This document shows, in pieces, positions 36,562-47,034 of a stretch of 64,000 bases of DNA. The translations under genes and the position numbers were made by a program. Position 1 is the stretch's first letter. Each line of letters opens with the position of its first letter. This DNA is from Planctomycetota bacterium (GTDB lineage Bacteria; Planctomycetota; MHYJ01; WSZJ01; JACPWG01), in NCBI GenBank assembly GCA_016197205.1, contig JACPWG010000096.1, positions 29,902 to 93,901 of the forward strand, read 5' to 3'. Under the pieces are notes generated by a model that searched no databases, was not told the DNA's origin, and was given only the letters and a program-made list of their open reading frames with translations.

Positions 36562-38793
36562 TCAAGCCTTCGCGGTTTTTCGCGAGCCGACGTGGGCCAG
36601 CGTTCCCTTCACCGTGTCCACCAGCTCTTTCACCGTGAAAGGCTTGCGCAGGATCGGCCGCTTCGCCTTCTCGATCGGCCCGCTCAGGTCGCCCAGCACG
36701 TCCCCGGTCACGAAGAGGAAGCGGTCCGCATAGGCCGCATCCCGCGCGCAGACCGACTGGTACAGCCGCCACCCGGAGCTGCCGGGCAGCCGGACGTCGC
36801 TCAGGATCAGGTCGAACGGGCGACGTGAAACGAGGTCCAGGGCCGCCGCCGGTTCGTGCAGGCACTCGACCTGGTAGCCGACTTCGGTCAACGTCCGGCG
36901 GATCATGTACGCCATCCCCGGCTCGTCCTCGACCACGAGCACGCTGGCATCCGTCGAGGTCGGCGTCAGCGCGGAGAGCGCCGCCTCGGCCGCCGCCGCC
37001 CCGGGACTCTCGTCGAGGTGAGGCAGCTCGATGCGGAAGATCGCCCCGCCCCCCGGCGCGTTCGCCGTCGTCACGGAGCCCCCATGGTCGCGGACCACGC
37101 CGGCCACGAGCGCGAGCCCCAGCCCGGTCCCCTGCCCGATCGGCTTCGTGGTAAAAAAAGGATCGAAGATCCGCGTCAGGTTCTCCGGCGGGATTCCCGT
37201 GCCGGAATCCTCGATTTCGATGCGCACGAGACGGCCGTCCCCCGGCTCCGCCCGCATGCGCGTTACGATCCGTTTCGGCCCTCCCCGGTCCAGGACCGCG
37301 TCCCGCGCGTTCGCGAGCAGGTTCAAGAAGGCGCGATGGAGTTGTCCCCTGTGGCCGAGTACGCGAGGGAGGCCCGTGTCCATTTCGCGGACCACCTCGA
37401 TCCCGAGGGTGGCGAGCGGAGGGGACAGGGAGGCCAGGGCATCCTCCAGCAGCCCCGGCAGGTCCAGCGCCTCTTTCGGCGTCGACTCCCGCCGCACGAC
37501 CGCCAGGAGATCCTGCACGAGCGTCCTGCACCGGCGCGCCTCCGCGATCAGGATGCGCAGGTCCTCCTGGGTCTTCGGTTCCTTGGCGTCCCGCCCCAGC
37601 AGTTCGGAGAGCCCGAGGATCGAACCGAGCGGGTTGTTCAGCTCGTGCGCGACCCCCGAAATCAGCGTCCCGAGCGCGGCGAGCTTCTCGCGCTGGATCC
37701 GTTGCTGGCGATGCCGCTCCCGTTCCGAGGTCTCGCGCAAGAGCGTCAGGTAGACCGGCCGTCCGAGCTGTCGAAGCTGCTTCACGTTGACCGCCACCGG
37801 GCGGGCCCCGGCCGGACCCTGGACGTGGAACCCCTCCCGGTCCTGGCACTCGTGGCCGGACGCCACTTCCACCAGGACGTTCGCGAACGTCGGCCGCTCC
37901 GCCTCGGGGAAGAGCTGTTCGACGCGCAGGCGGCACAGCTCCTCGGCCGACACGCCGGTCAGCTTGGCCGCGGCGTGGTTCGCCTCCAGGATGACGTGCG
38001 TCGCCGCTTCCACCACGAAGGTCGCGTCCGTGTTCGCGCCGAACAGCTCCCGATAGCGCGCCTCGCTGGCCGCGAGCCGCTCGCGATATTCGGTTTCCCG
38101 GGCCAGCTCCAGCTCGCGATAGTACGGGCCGACGATGCGTTGCAGGAGGAGCACCCCCAGGAAGGGAGCGATGAGGAGCACGAGCAGACCCGCGAGGAGG
38201 GTCCGCCGGCGCGCCGCGTCGAGCCGGCGCGTGACGATTTCGTAGGGCTGGTGGACCGTGACGAACACGTGGAGCGGCTCGATCGGAGCCAGGGACAGCA
38301 GCTCCTCCTTGCCGGCGAGGGTGAAGTAGCGGCCCGCGAACGGGGCGCCCGCGCCCAGAACCTCGAGGAGGGAGCGGCGGTCCCCTTCCGCGCCGATGAC
38401 CGCACGGTCGCCGACCGAAACGCCGCGCAGGTCCGGGCGCCGGCTGTGCAGGAGGACGCGGCCTTCCGCATCCAGGATGCAGAGGTAGCCCTCCTCGCCC
38501 ACGTACAGCCCGTTGCTCTCCCGCTGGAAGCGGTCCACGAAATCGTCGACCGACGTGAAGGTCCCGGCCCGCGCCTCGAGGGTTCGCGCGAGGGCGTCGG
38601 CCAGCAGGACATTCTCCTGGTACACCAGCTCGACCAAACCCGCGCGCTCGCCGAGGTAGGCCGCCGTGCCCATCCCCGCCACGATCAGGATGCCGAGGCC
38701 GGCCACGGCGAGGGAGGTCTTGCTGACGAGGGTCAACCTGCGGGACCGCGTCCCGGCCCTGCCGCCGGCCTCCCCGCTCGAAGTCGAGGACAT
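36562..38793 (-). CDS. Hybrid sensor histidine kinase/response regulator, with a periplasmic sensor domain and PAS, HisKA, HATPase_c and REC domains.
   Basis: ATG at 38793. The H-box is VAHELNNPLG. G-boxes are present. The C-terminal receiver has VLVVEDEPGM..DLILSDVRLPG..K. Confidence 0.8.
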   Translation of the reverse strand: MSSTSSGEAGGRAGTRSRRLTLVSKTSLAVAGLGILIVAGMGTAAYLGERAGLVELVYQENVLLADALARTLEARAGTFTSVDDFVDRFQRESNGLYVGEEGYLCILDAEGRVLLHSRRPDLRGVSVGDRAVIGAEGDRRSLLEVLGAGAPFAGRYFTLAGKEELLSLAPIEPLHVFVTVHQPYEIVTRRLDAARRRTLLAGLLVLLIAPFLGVLLLQRIVGPYYRELELARETEYRERLAASEARYRELFGANTDATFVVEAATHVILEANHAAAKLTGVSAEELCRLRVEQLFPEAERPTFANVLVEVASGHECQDREGFHVQGPAGARPVAVNVKQLRQLGRPVYLTLLRETSERERHRQQRIQREKLAALGTLISGVAHELNNPLGSILGLSELLGRDAKEPKTQEDLRILIAEARRCRTLVQDLLAVVRRESTPKEALDLPGLLEDALASLSPPLATLGIEVVREMDTGLPRVLGHRGQLHRAFLNLLANARDAVLDRGGPKRIVTRMRAEPGDGRLVRIEIEDSGTGIPPENLTRIFDPFFTTKPIGQGTGLGLALVAGVVRDHGGSVTTANAPGGGAIFRIELPHLDESPGAAAAEAALSALTPTSTDASVLVVEDEPGMAYMIRRTLTEVGYQVECLHEPAAALDLVSRRPFDLILSDVRLPGSSGWRLYQSVCARDAAYADRFLFVTGDVLGDLSGPIEKAKRPILRKPFTVKELVDTVKGTLAHVGSRKTAKA

Positions 38794-39118
38794 AGCTGCT
38801 CCCGTCGCGCGGCGCCGCGCCGCGATCGAACCGACCGCGGGCGCATACCCTGGGCGCCCGTTTCGCACAAATTCCGTCCCCCTTATAGTGGACCGGTCCC
38901 CGCCGGTCAACCCTCGCGTGCGAATGGCGGCGCTACCGCTCGTCGGGGCGACGGGTGTCGCAGGCCGCTCCCGGTTCGGCTGCGCCGCCGCCGCCCCTGC
39001 GTACCTTGCATGTTGCCCGCCACGCGCTATAATCGGAGACCGTCCCGTCGACGGCGTCGGCAGCGTCGGCCCCGCCGGCCGCCCCTTCCGGGTTCCATCC
39101 AGTGTCGGGGAGCTTGAA

Positions 39119-42100
39119 ATGTCCGAGGGTCAGACCCAAGGTACCGGCGCCGCCGCGGCCGAGGTGGACGACCTCACCGGCCTCCCCAGCCGCCGCGCCC
39201 TGTCCGAGTACCTCGAAGCCGCGGTGAATTGGAAGTCCGGAAAGCCCACCCCCTTCTCCCTCCTCGTCCTCGACCTCGACGACTTCAAGCGGCTCGGCGG
39301 GCTCGCCGACCGCGGCGTCGGCGACCGGGCGCTCCTCCGCGTCGTGCAGGTGCTGCGCGAAACGGTCGGCGAGGGCGTCCGCATTTTCCGGTACGCCGGA
39401 GACCAGTTCGTCCTCTTCGCCTCCGACATCAACCGGAAGGCGGCCGTCGCGCTCGGCGAGACCCTGCGCGTCCGCATCGCCTCGGAGTCCTTCGTCGGGG
39501 CCGGCGCCGCCGAGGTCCGCATGGGCGCCTCCGTCGGCATCTCGGCCTTCCCCGACGACGCCCAGACCGCACGCGGCCTCCTCGGCTGGTGCCAGCTCGC
39601 CCTCCGTCAGGCGAAGAAGGCCGGCAAGGACCGCGTGTTCGAGACCTCCTTCGTCGATACCACGACGCTCGCCGAGAAGGCCGTGCTCGACGGCTTCCCG
39701 TGCCGCCGCACGGTGAGCCGCGACCGCGAAGTGGCCGCCCTGCTCGAGGCGCTCCGCATGGCCTCGCGCGGGAACCCTCACCTCTGCCTCGTCCACGGCC
39801 CGCCGGGCGTGGGAAAGACCCGCCTCCTGCGGGAGCTTGCGTCGGCGGCGGAGGGCGACCGCTGGACGCTCCTTTCCCTGGCCTCGCCGCCGGAGGAGGC
39901 CGCCATGCCTTTCTCCGTGCTGGTGTCCCTGCTCGAGCGCCACCTCCGCGCGCAGCCCTCCAGTCGCGAGGCGCTGCAGGACCTCGCCCCGGAGGCCGCG
40001 CAGAGTCTCGTCGCCGCGCTGCCCGGCTTCCGCGACCTCCTGCCGCAGGTCGCCGTCGACCTGTCCGCCGTGCGTCGCACGCGGCTCTTCGAAGCGCTGC
40101 TCGGCGTGCTCCGCGGCCTCGCGCTGCGGTCGCCCCTCCTCGTGCTCGTGGATGACGCGGATTTCCTCGACGAAGGCTCCGCGGAGGTCTTCCGCCACGC
40201 CCTGACGCAGCCGATCCTCCGCTTCGCCCTGGTTTGCGCGTGCCGGTCCGCGGAGGAACCCGGCGTCGATCCCGACGGAGTCGTGGGTTCGGGCTCGGGC
40301 TCGGGCTCGCGCGCGCCGGCCGGCGGGACGTCCGCTGCGGCCCCCGCGATGAACCTCGCTTCGATCGCGCCCCCGGGCTCCCCGCTCGCCGATTTGCTCG
40401 CCTGGGCCGCCGCGCGCGCCGCCTTCCGTCGCATCCCGCTCGGCGGGCTTGACCTGGTCCAGATGAATGAACTGGTCTCCTCGCTCATCCCCGGCCGCCC
40501 CCGGGACGCCGCCTTCGACCAGGCCGTGTACCAGCTCACGCGCGGCAACCCGCTCTTCGTGGAGGAAACGCTCAAGCGGCTCATCTTCCTCCGCGTCCTC
40601 CAGCGGCTGCGGGACGTCTGGACGCTCGGCGCCATTCCGATGGAGCACATGCCCACCGTCCTCGACCACATCCTCCGTGACCACGTGGAACGACTCGATC
40701 CCGAGACCCTCGAGGTCCTCTCCGCCGCCGCGGTCATCGGCTCCCAGTTCCCGATCGGGCGCCTCAAGGCCCTCCTTGGCCGGAACGAAGGGGAGACCAT
40801 GCACATCCTCGACCGCGCGCGCCGCGTCGGGCTGATCGTGCCTTACGGGCCGGGCGGCGACGAAGTGGTCCAATTCGCGTCCCGGCGGACGCGCGAGGCC
40901 GCCTACGGCCGCATTCCCGAGGAGGAGCGCCGCGCGATCCACGCGCGCCTGCTCCAGCTCGAAGTGGACGCGGCCGCCGCGTCGCTGGAGGCTGCGTTCG
41001 CGCGCCTCGCGTGCCATGCGGCGCAGGCGGGCGATGCCGCAAAGGCCGGCGAATACCAGGCCCGGCTCGACGTCCGCCGGGCGTTCCTCTTCGACGCCGC
41101 GGAAATCCGCTCGGCGCTTCCCTACCCGACCGACGGTCACGCGCCCGTGATCACGGAAGGGCCTCCGCTCGACCCGTCCACGCTCGAAATCGTCGTGGCC
41201 ATGGCCCGCTCCCTCACGATGGCGGTGAACTCCAGCGGCTACTATCCGCCCGGCAGCACGATCATCATGAACGCGGTCCTCACCTTCCACCGGGCGCTCA
41301 AGGACGTGCTCGACCGCGTGGAAAGCTTCGCGCTGTCCGACGGCGGCGAAAGCCTGCTCGTCAACGGCCATCGGATCCCGGCAGGCATCCCGTCCCAGCC
41401 GACCCAGGAGTTTCTCTGGCTGCTGTCCTCCTCGCGCATCCGCGCGGTCCGGTTCCGCCGCGGCCTCACTCCCGACGAGGCGCGCAAGCTCGTCGATCTG
41501 CTTGGCACGCCGCCGGCCGAGGACGCGGTCCTGCCGAACTACTGGGAGTCCCTGCTGCGCGTGAGCGGCGTGAAGCATGCCGAGCTGCTCCAGGCCGGGG
41601 ACGGCGCGCGGAAGGCCGCGCCGGTCGCGGGTCGGGAACCGCCCGCGCCGTTGACCGAAGCCGGCCTTGCCGCGCTCCGCGAGCTCCTGCGCTACCTTTC
41701 GTTCGCCATCGAGACGCTGCGGACTTCGGGGCGCGGGCGGATCCAGCTCGCCGGGTCCGCGGAACGGATGGAGGACGCGCTCGCCCAGCTCTTCCGCCAC
41801 GCCGATCGGGTGCTGGTGGTGCGGGACGAAGAGAGCTTCCGGGTGAACGGGGAGCGCGCCGACCTGCGCGCCCTCGGCACCTCCGCGTCGGACCTGCACC
41901 GCACGTTCGGCCAATGCGGCCTCGACGCCTTCGGACTCGCGCGCGGCGCCACCGTTCCCGAGGTTACCCGCTTCCTGCAGGCCGTGGCCACCTGCCCGGG
42001 TCGTCCGAGCACGCCCAGGTACTGGGAAAACCTCGCCCAGGAGATGGGGCTTGTGAACTGCTTCCTCGGCGAGTTCGCGTCCGCGCAGTCGGAGCCCGGA

Positions 42101-43678
42101 GCGTCCTCGGCCCCTCCGTCGTCCGGGTCCGGCTCCGGGGGCGCGGCCCTGTCCTCCGCCGCGTCCGCGGGGTCGCTCGCGGGTCCGGCTGCGGGCCCGT
42201 CCCGGTTCGGCCGCGCGGAGTCCACGTCGGACGAGCGAGCGGCCTTCGGCGGACCCTCCTCCCTGCGAAGCGAGAGCCAGCGACTGAAGGGACAGCAGGC
42301 CGCGGCCGCTCTCGCGGTGGTGGAGAGCTATGTTTTCGGGCCGGCCTCGTCCCGTGCCGGAGCTCCGGGGGGGGAGCCCGGCGGTCCCGCCCGCGGAGGG
42401 GGCCTTCCCGATCCGTTCTCCGCGGCGGGCGCGCCCTCAGGTGTTCACCTGAACTCGCCGGCCGTGCCCATGGCGCCGCCCCCGGTGATCGTGAACGAGC
42501 TGGCCGCGCCCTTGCAGCACCTCCACGGCGCGCAGGCCTGGGACGGTTTCCATCGGGTCGTGGGGCGGCTCCTGGAGGGGCTCGCGCTACCCGAGGAGGC
42601 GGCGCGTCTGCGGGCGGCGGGCTTGACCACGTCCGTCCTTCTTGCGCTGCCCGCGGCGCAACCCGAACTCTACGCGGCCCTCGTCGAGCCGCTCGCGCTT
42701 CGCCTCTGCCTGGAGCCGTCTCCGGGCGTGCTGGACGCGCTGCTGGCTCTCGCCCTCGACGCGGTTCGCTTTTTCGTGGAGCGGGGCGAGCTGACGGCGA
42801 TCTGTCGGCTCCTGTCCGAGGTGCCGCGGGGCGGCGAAGGAGGAGGCGACAAGGGCGCGTCCTCCGCCCGCGCGCAACGGGGGGCCGAGTTCCATCGCCG
42901 GCTCGCCGAGTCCCCGCTCGTCGACCTCCTGCTCCATCGGGTGGCGGATCCGGAGCCCGCGCAGCAGAACCTCTCCCGGCAGGCGCTCATGTCGCTGGGG
43001 CCCGCCATTCTTCCGAAGTTGCTCGCGTTCGTAAAAGGGGCCGGCGAGCTGGCCCCGCGCCGCGCCGCCGCGGCCGTGCTCCGGGCGGTCCACCCGGGCG
43101 CGGAGGCGGAGGTCGTCCGGGAGCTGAGCCCCTTCGCGCCGGCGGCGGAGTGTGGACGGCTGGTGGAGGTGCTGGACCTGCTCGTGCAGGACCCGACGGC
43201 CGCCGCGCTGGCCACCGCGCGTCACCCGGATCCCCAGGTGCGGGAGCGTCTCCTCGGACTGTTGCGCCGGCTGGAGCGCGGCACGGTCGTGCGGATTCTC
43301 TTGCGTGCGCTCAAGGACGACGATCCCGCCGTCGGGCGGGTCGCGATTCCGTGGGTCGGCGACCTGCGGCTTGCGGAGCTGATCCCGACCCTGGGGACGC
43401 TTTTGAAGGATGCACGCGATGCCGAGACCCAGGAGGGGCTGTGCCTCGCCCTGGGCAAGATCGGCGACGCGGGCGCGGCGCCCGCCCTTGCGGGCGTGCT
43501 GGCGAAGGTCCCGACGCTCGGCCTCTGGGGCGGCCTGCCCGAGCGTGTCCGCAATGCGGCGGCCTGGGCCCTCGGGGCGCTCGGCGTGCCCGCGGCGCGT
43601 GAGACGCTGGAGCGCGCGGCGGCGCGAGATCCGTCGGCGCTCGTCCGGTCCACGGCGAAGCTGGGGCTGAGGCAGTGA
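39119..43678 (+). CDS. STAND-type signalling protein of 1519 aa. It has an N-terminal degenerate GGDEF domain (RYAGDQF in place of GGDEF), a P-loop NTPase module, a long helical region and C-terminal HEAT/PBS repeats.
   Basis: GGGGAG lies 6 nt before the ATG. The Walker A is HGPPGVGKT and the Walker B is LLVLVDDAD. The C-terminal repeats read AAAWALGALG...ARETL. Confidence 0.75.
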   Translation: MSEGQTQGTGAAAAEVDDLTGLPSRRALSEYLEAAVNWKSGKPTPFSLLVLDLDDFKRLGGLADRGVGDRALLRVVQVLRETVGEGVRIFRYAGDQFVLFASDINRKAAVALGETLRVRIASESFVGAGAAEVRMGASVGISAFPDDAQTARGLLGWCQLALRQAKKAGKDRVFETSFVDTTTLAEKAVLDGFPCRRTVSRDREVAALLEALRMASRGNPHLCLVHGPPGVGKTRLLRELASAAEGDRWTLLSLASPPEEAAMPFSVLVSLLERHLRAQPSSREALQDLAPEAAQSLVAALPGFRDLLPQVAVDLSAVRRTRLFEALLGVLRGLALRSPLLVLVDDADFLDEGSAEVFRHALTQPILRFALVCACRSAEEPGVDPDGVVGSGSGSGSRAPAGGTSAAAPAMNLASIAPPGSPLADLLAWAAARAAFRRIPLGGLDLVQMNELVSSLIPGRPRDAAFDQAVYQLTRGNPLFVEETLKRLIFLRVLQRLRDVWTLGAIPMEHMPTVLDHILRDHVERLDPETLEVLSAAAVIGSQFPIGRLKALLGRNEGETMHILDRARRVGLIVPYGPGGDEVVQFASRRTREAAYGRIPEEERRAIHARLLQLEVDAAAASLEAAFARLACHAAQAGDAAKAGEYQARLDVRRAFLFDAAEIRSALPYPTDGHAPVITEGPPLDPSTLEIVVAMARSLTMAVNSSGYYPPGSTIIMNAVLTFHRALKDVLDRVESFALSDGGESLLVNGHRIPAGIPSQPTQEFLWLLSSSRIRAVRFRRGLTPDEARKLVDLLGTPPAEDAVLPNYWESLLRVSGVKHAELLQAGDGARKAAPVAGREPPAPLTEAGLAALRELLRYLSFAIETLRTSGRGRIQLAGSAERMEDALAQLFRHADRVLVVRDEESFRVNGERADLRALGTSASDLHRTFGQCGLDAFGLARGATVPEVTRFLQAVATCPGRPSTPRYWENLAQEMGLVNCFLGEFASAQSEPGASSAPPSSGSGSGGAALSSAASAGSLAGPAAGPSRFGRAESTSDERAAFGGPSSLRSESQRLKGQQAAAALAVVESYVFGPASSRAGAPGGEPGGPARGGGLPDPFSAAGAPSGVHLNSPAVPMAPPPVIVNELAAPLQHLHGAQAWDGFHRVVGRLLEGLALPEEAARLRAAGLTTSVLLALPAAQPELYAALVEPLALRLCLEPSPGVLDALLALALDAVRFFVERGELTAICRLLSEVPRGGEGGGDKGASSARAQRGAEFHRRLAESPLVDLLLHRVADPEPAQQNLSRQALMSLGPAILPKLLAFVKGAGELAPRRAAAAVLRAVHPGAEAEVVRELSPFAPAAECGRLVEVLDLLVQDPTAAALATARHPDPQVRERLLGLLRRLERGTVVRILLRALKDDDPAVGRVAIPWVGDLRLAELIPTLGTLLKDARDAETQEGLCLALGKIGDAGAAPALAGVLAKVPTLGLWGGLPERVRNAAAWALGALGVPAARETLERAAARDPSALVRSTAKLGLRQ

Positions 43679-44029
43679 GGGGGCCGGGGAGAGTCGTAGG
43701 CATCGACGGAGGCGGTGCGCTGCAATGCGAGAGGGCTGGAAATAGAGAACAGGTAAACGAAACACAGAGACGCGGAGGCGCAGAGGCTCATCGGTGCTTC
43801 GGCAATTCACCTCCCCAGTCGAACCGATGGACCTGCGGAGATTTGAAATTTGATATTTTGAAATTTGGAATTTGAAATCGGTGGACCGAGCCTGGACGAA
43901 AACGCGTAACCGCACTGCCGTCCGGTTCCCAGGGCATTCCGATCCTCCTGCGCTCCCATCTCGTTCCGTTCCGTGCCGTCTCGTCTCACCATCGAACCGT
44001 CAAGCTCCTTCTTGACCTAATGGTTTCTC

Positions 44030-46783
44030 ATGCTGCGCTACGAGGACTTCCTGCTCGGACGCCGTGCCTGCGCCGCGGGCCTGGTTTCCGAGGACCGGCT
44101 CTGGGCGCTCTACCGACGTCTGGAGCACGAGCCCGACGGGCTCGGCCTTGCCGAACTGCTCGTCGCAGGCGGCGTGGCCACGCGCGAAGAACTGGGCGCG
44201 CTGGCGCGCGCCGGCCCAGGACCGGCGGGAGTCGCACAAGTCGCCGACGGCGCCCCGACCCTCACGGACTCCGGCTGCGCGACGGCGCAGCCTTCCCATT
44301 CGTCCCCGCCCCCCGCGTCGTCCGCCATCCTGAACCTCCCGCTCCCGCCCATCCCCAGCGAGGCGTCGACGCTGCTCGGCTCGTCCGAGCTGAACCTCAT
44401 GCCGGGCCCGACCGGCGGCGCGGCGGCCGTCCTCTCGCAAGGACCGGGCGCGGCCCCGAATCCTGGTCGCCTGTTCGGCAAGTACGAGCTCCTGGACGTG
44501 GTCGGGCATGGGGGGATGGGCGTCGTCTACAAGGCCCGGGACCGCGACCTGGGCCGAGTCGTGGCCTTGAAGACCCTGCTCGCCGGCTCCACGCAGGATC
44601 CGAACCGCATCGCTCGCTTCTACCGCGAGGTCCGGATGGCCGCTTCCCTGTGCCACCCGGCCATCCTCCCGATTCACGACGTCGGCTGCGAGGGCGGCTT
44701 CCATTATTTCACGATGGACCTCGTCGAGGGGGAGACGCTGGAGGCGCGGCTCGCCGCGGGTCGTCCCGAGCTGCGGCAAGGGGTCGAGTGGGTGCGGGGG
44801 ATTGCGGAGGCCTTGGATTTCGCGCACGCGCAAGGGGTCGTGCATCGGGACGTGAAGCCCTCCAACATTCTCATCGACCGCGCCGAGCGACCGTTCCTGA
44901 GCGATTTCGGACTTGCGCGCGGGATTCAAGACGCGACGGAGCTGACCGCGAGCGGGGCGGTCGTGGGCACGCCTTCGTACATGGCCCCCGAGCAGGCCGG
45001 GGGCGTGGGGCCGATCGATGGGCGCTGCGACGTCTTTTCGCTTGGGGCGGTCCTCTACAAGGTGTTGGCCGGCGTCCAGGCGTTCACCGGCGACTCGCCG
45101 GCCGCGGTCATGCACCAGACGCTGCTGTGCGATCCGCCGCCGCTTCGGAAGCGGGACCCGTCCCTGCCGCGGGACCTTGAGGTGATTTGCCACAAAGCGC
45201 TTGAAAAGGAACCCGCGCGTCGCTACGCGACCGCGGGTCATTTCGCGGCGGACCTGGGCAGGTACCTGGCGGGGGAGCCGATCCTGGCGCGACCGCTCGG
45301 CGTCGGCGCGCGGCTCGGACGGTGGGCGCGTCGCTTCAAGCTGCCGCTCGCGGCCGCGGTCGTGGCGGTTGCGGCCGTGGGGCTTGCGTGGCGGGAGCGC
45401 GCGGGGCGCGAGGCGCAGGCGGACTCGATGCTGGAGGAGGCGGCCGGGGCCGTGGAGCGGTTCGAGGACGCGGCGATGCGCCATCCGATGACGCCCGCGG
45501 TCCGGAAACTGCTTGCGACGCAGCCGTCGGGGCTTCTGGATCGCCTGCTCGTCGAGGCCCCGGAGTTCGGTCCCCTCTACGCGTGGCGCGGCAAGCTCCA
45601 CGACCTCGTCGGCGAAGAGGCGCGCGCCGAGGACGACTATGGCGAAGGCTGCCGGCGCGGCGCCCGCTACGCGATCGTCTGGTTTCTCCGCGGTACCCAC
45701 CGGATCGCGCGCTACGTGCGCGTTCGCGGCCTCCCGACCACGCGCGTGGAGGCGAATCATCTGGAGTTCGTGCCGCCGCGGGAGGAGACGCCGGACGAGC
45801 GCGCGTGTCGCGAGGGCGGGCTTGCGGACCTGGAGGAGGCGCTCGCCTCCGGCGGCGGGCGCGGCCTCGTCGGGCGGCAGGAGACGAAGCTGGCGCGGGC
45901 GATGAGCGCGCTCTACGCCGGGCGGGAGGGCTGCTACGAGTCGGCTCTCGGGCTGCTCGAGGGCGTGACGCTGCCGACCGCGGACCGTCTGCGCGGCATC
46001 GCGCTTTACCATCTGCAGCGCTTCGGAGAGGCGCGGGAGGCCTTCGGCCGCTGCCTGGCCGAGTGGCCGGAGGACGTGGAGGCCTACCATCTGCGAGCGC
46101 ACGCGGCCTACGCCTCGGGGATCGCCGAGGCCGCGCGCGGGGAGGATCCTCGGGCCTTCTTCGAAAAGGGGATCGCCGACCTGGACGAGGCGCTTCGGCG
46201 GGAGCCGGGCCGCGTGAAAGTGTACAACAGCCGCGGGGCCATGCGTCACCACCTGGCCCAGGTCGAGGCGAGCGCGGGCATCGACCCGCGCGGCGAGTTC
46301 GAGAAGGCGTGCGCCGACTACGGCGAGGCGATCACGCGGGACGCCGGCTTTGTGCTTGCGTACACGAACCGCGGTTTCGCCCGGCTCGAACTCTCTTCGG
46401 CGATCGCGGCGCACGACGAGGACCCCACGCCCGCCCTTCGTCTCGCCCTCGCGGATCTCGACCAGGCCGTGCGCCTCGCGCCGGAATTCGCCGACGCCTA
46501 CAACAACCGCGGCAATGCGTGGAAAAGCCTGGGGCTGGCGCAGGAGCATCGGGGCGAAGACGCGTCCGAGAGTTTCCGTCGCGGCGAGACCGACTACAAG
46601 GAGGCCGTCGCTCGGGGAAATCCGACCGCGTACCTGAACCTCGGCGTGCTGCTGCGCTGCATGGGGCGCAACCAGGACGCCATCGCCGCCTTCGAGGCCG
46701 GCGCGCGCGCCGCCCCCGCGCACGCCGACTGGGCGCGGCAGCAACTGGACTTCACGCGGCGCTTGATCGGCGGCGGGAAGTGA
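44030..46783 (+). CDS. Ser/Thr protein kinase with C-terminal TPR repeats.
   Basis: Motifs GHGGMGVVYKA, HRDVKPSNIL, DFGLA and GTPSYMAPE are present, followed by TPR-like repeats. Confidence 0.85.
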   Translation: MLRYEDFLLGRRACAAGLVSEDRLWALYRRLEHEPDGLGLAELLVAGGVATREELGALARAGPGPAGVAQVADGAPTLTDSGCATAQPSHSSPPPASSAILNLPLPPIPSEASTLLGSSELNLMPGPTGGAAAVLSQGPGAAPNPGRLFGKYELLDVVGHGGMGVVYKARDRDLGRVVALKTLLAGSTQDPNRIARFYREVRMAASLCHPAILPIHDVGCEGGFHYFTMDLVEGETLEARLAAGRPELRQGVEWVRGIAEALDFAHAQGVVHRDVKPSNILIDRAERPFLSDFGLARGIQDATELTASGAVVGTPSYMAPEQAGGVGPIDGRCDVFSLGAVLYKVLAGVQAFTGDSPAAVMHQTLLCDPPPLRKRDPSLPRDLEVICHKALEKEPARRYATAGHFAADLGRYLAGEPILARPLGVGARLGRWARRFKLPLAAAVVAVAAVGLAWRERAGREAQADSMLEEAAGAVERFEDAAMRHPMTPAVRKLLATQPSGLLDRLLVEAPEFGPLYAWRGKLHDLVGEEARAEDDYGEGCRRGARYAIVWFLRGTHRIARYVRVRGLPTTRVEANHLEFVPPREETPDERACREGGLADLEEALASGGGRGLVGRQETKLARAMSALYAGREGCYESALGLLEGVTLPTADRLRGIALYHLQRFGEAREAFGRCLAEWPEDVEAYHLRAHAAYASGIAEAARGEDPRAFFEKGIADLDEALRREPGRVKVYNSRGAMRHHLAQVEASAGIDPRGEFEKACADYGEAITRDAGFVLAYTNRGFARLELSSAIAAHDEDPTPALRLALADLDQAVRLAPEFADAYNNRGNAWKSLGLAQEHRGEDASESFRRGETDYKEAVARGNPTAYLNLGVLLRCMGRNQDAIAAFEAGARAAPAHADWARQQLDFTRRLIGGGK

Positions 46784-46867
46784 GAGGGAGAATCGTCACG
46801 AGCTGTTCATGGGGACGACCGGAGAGCAGAAGCTCTACACAACAATTTCCGAATTCCCGTCACGATT

Positions 46868-46898
46868 CCTGGGGGCGCGGGCCTCCGGCCCGCGCGAA
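46868..46898. repeat. REP-like palindrome, copy 2, lying between the Ser/Thr kinase and the NACHT gene.
   Basis: It is identical to the 31-mer at 51427..51457 in inverted orientation. Confidence 0.6.
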
Positions 46899-46998
46899 CT
46901 GGCACTTGTCCTCCACTTCCCCGCAACCGCGGGCCCAAAGGTGACCAGTGTTCGTCAACGCGGTACTCGCCACCGTGGCGCCCGGAGCCGAGCCCGGC

Positions 46999-47028
46999 TT
47001 GACGCCGCCCTCGGACTGCGCGTAGAAT
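46999..47028 (+). promoter_or_regulatory. Near-consensus sigma-70 promoter (TTGACG-N18-TAGAAT). It predicts a leaderless transcript for the NACHT gene.
   Basis: The -10 element ends 7 nt before the ATG at 47035. No Shine-Dalgarno sequence is present. Confidence 0.4.
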
Positions 47029-47034
47029 GAAGTC

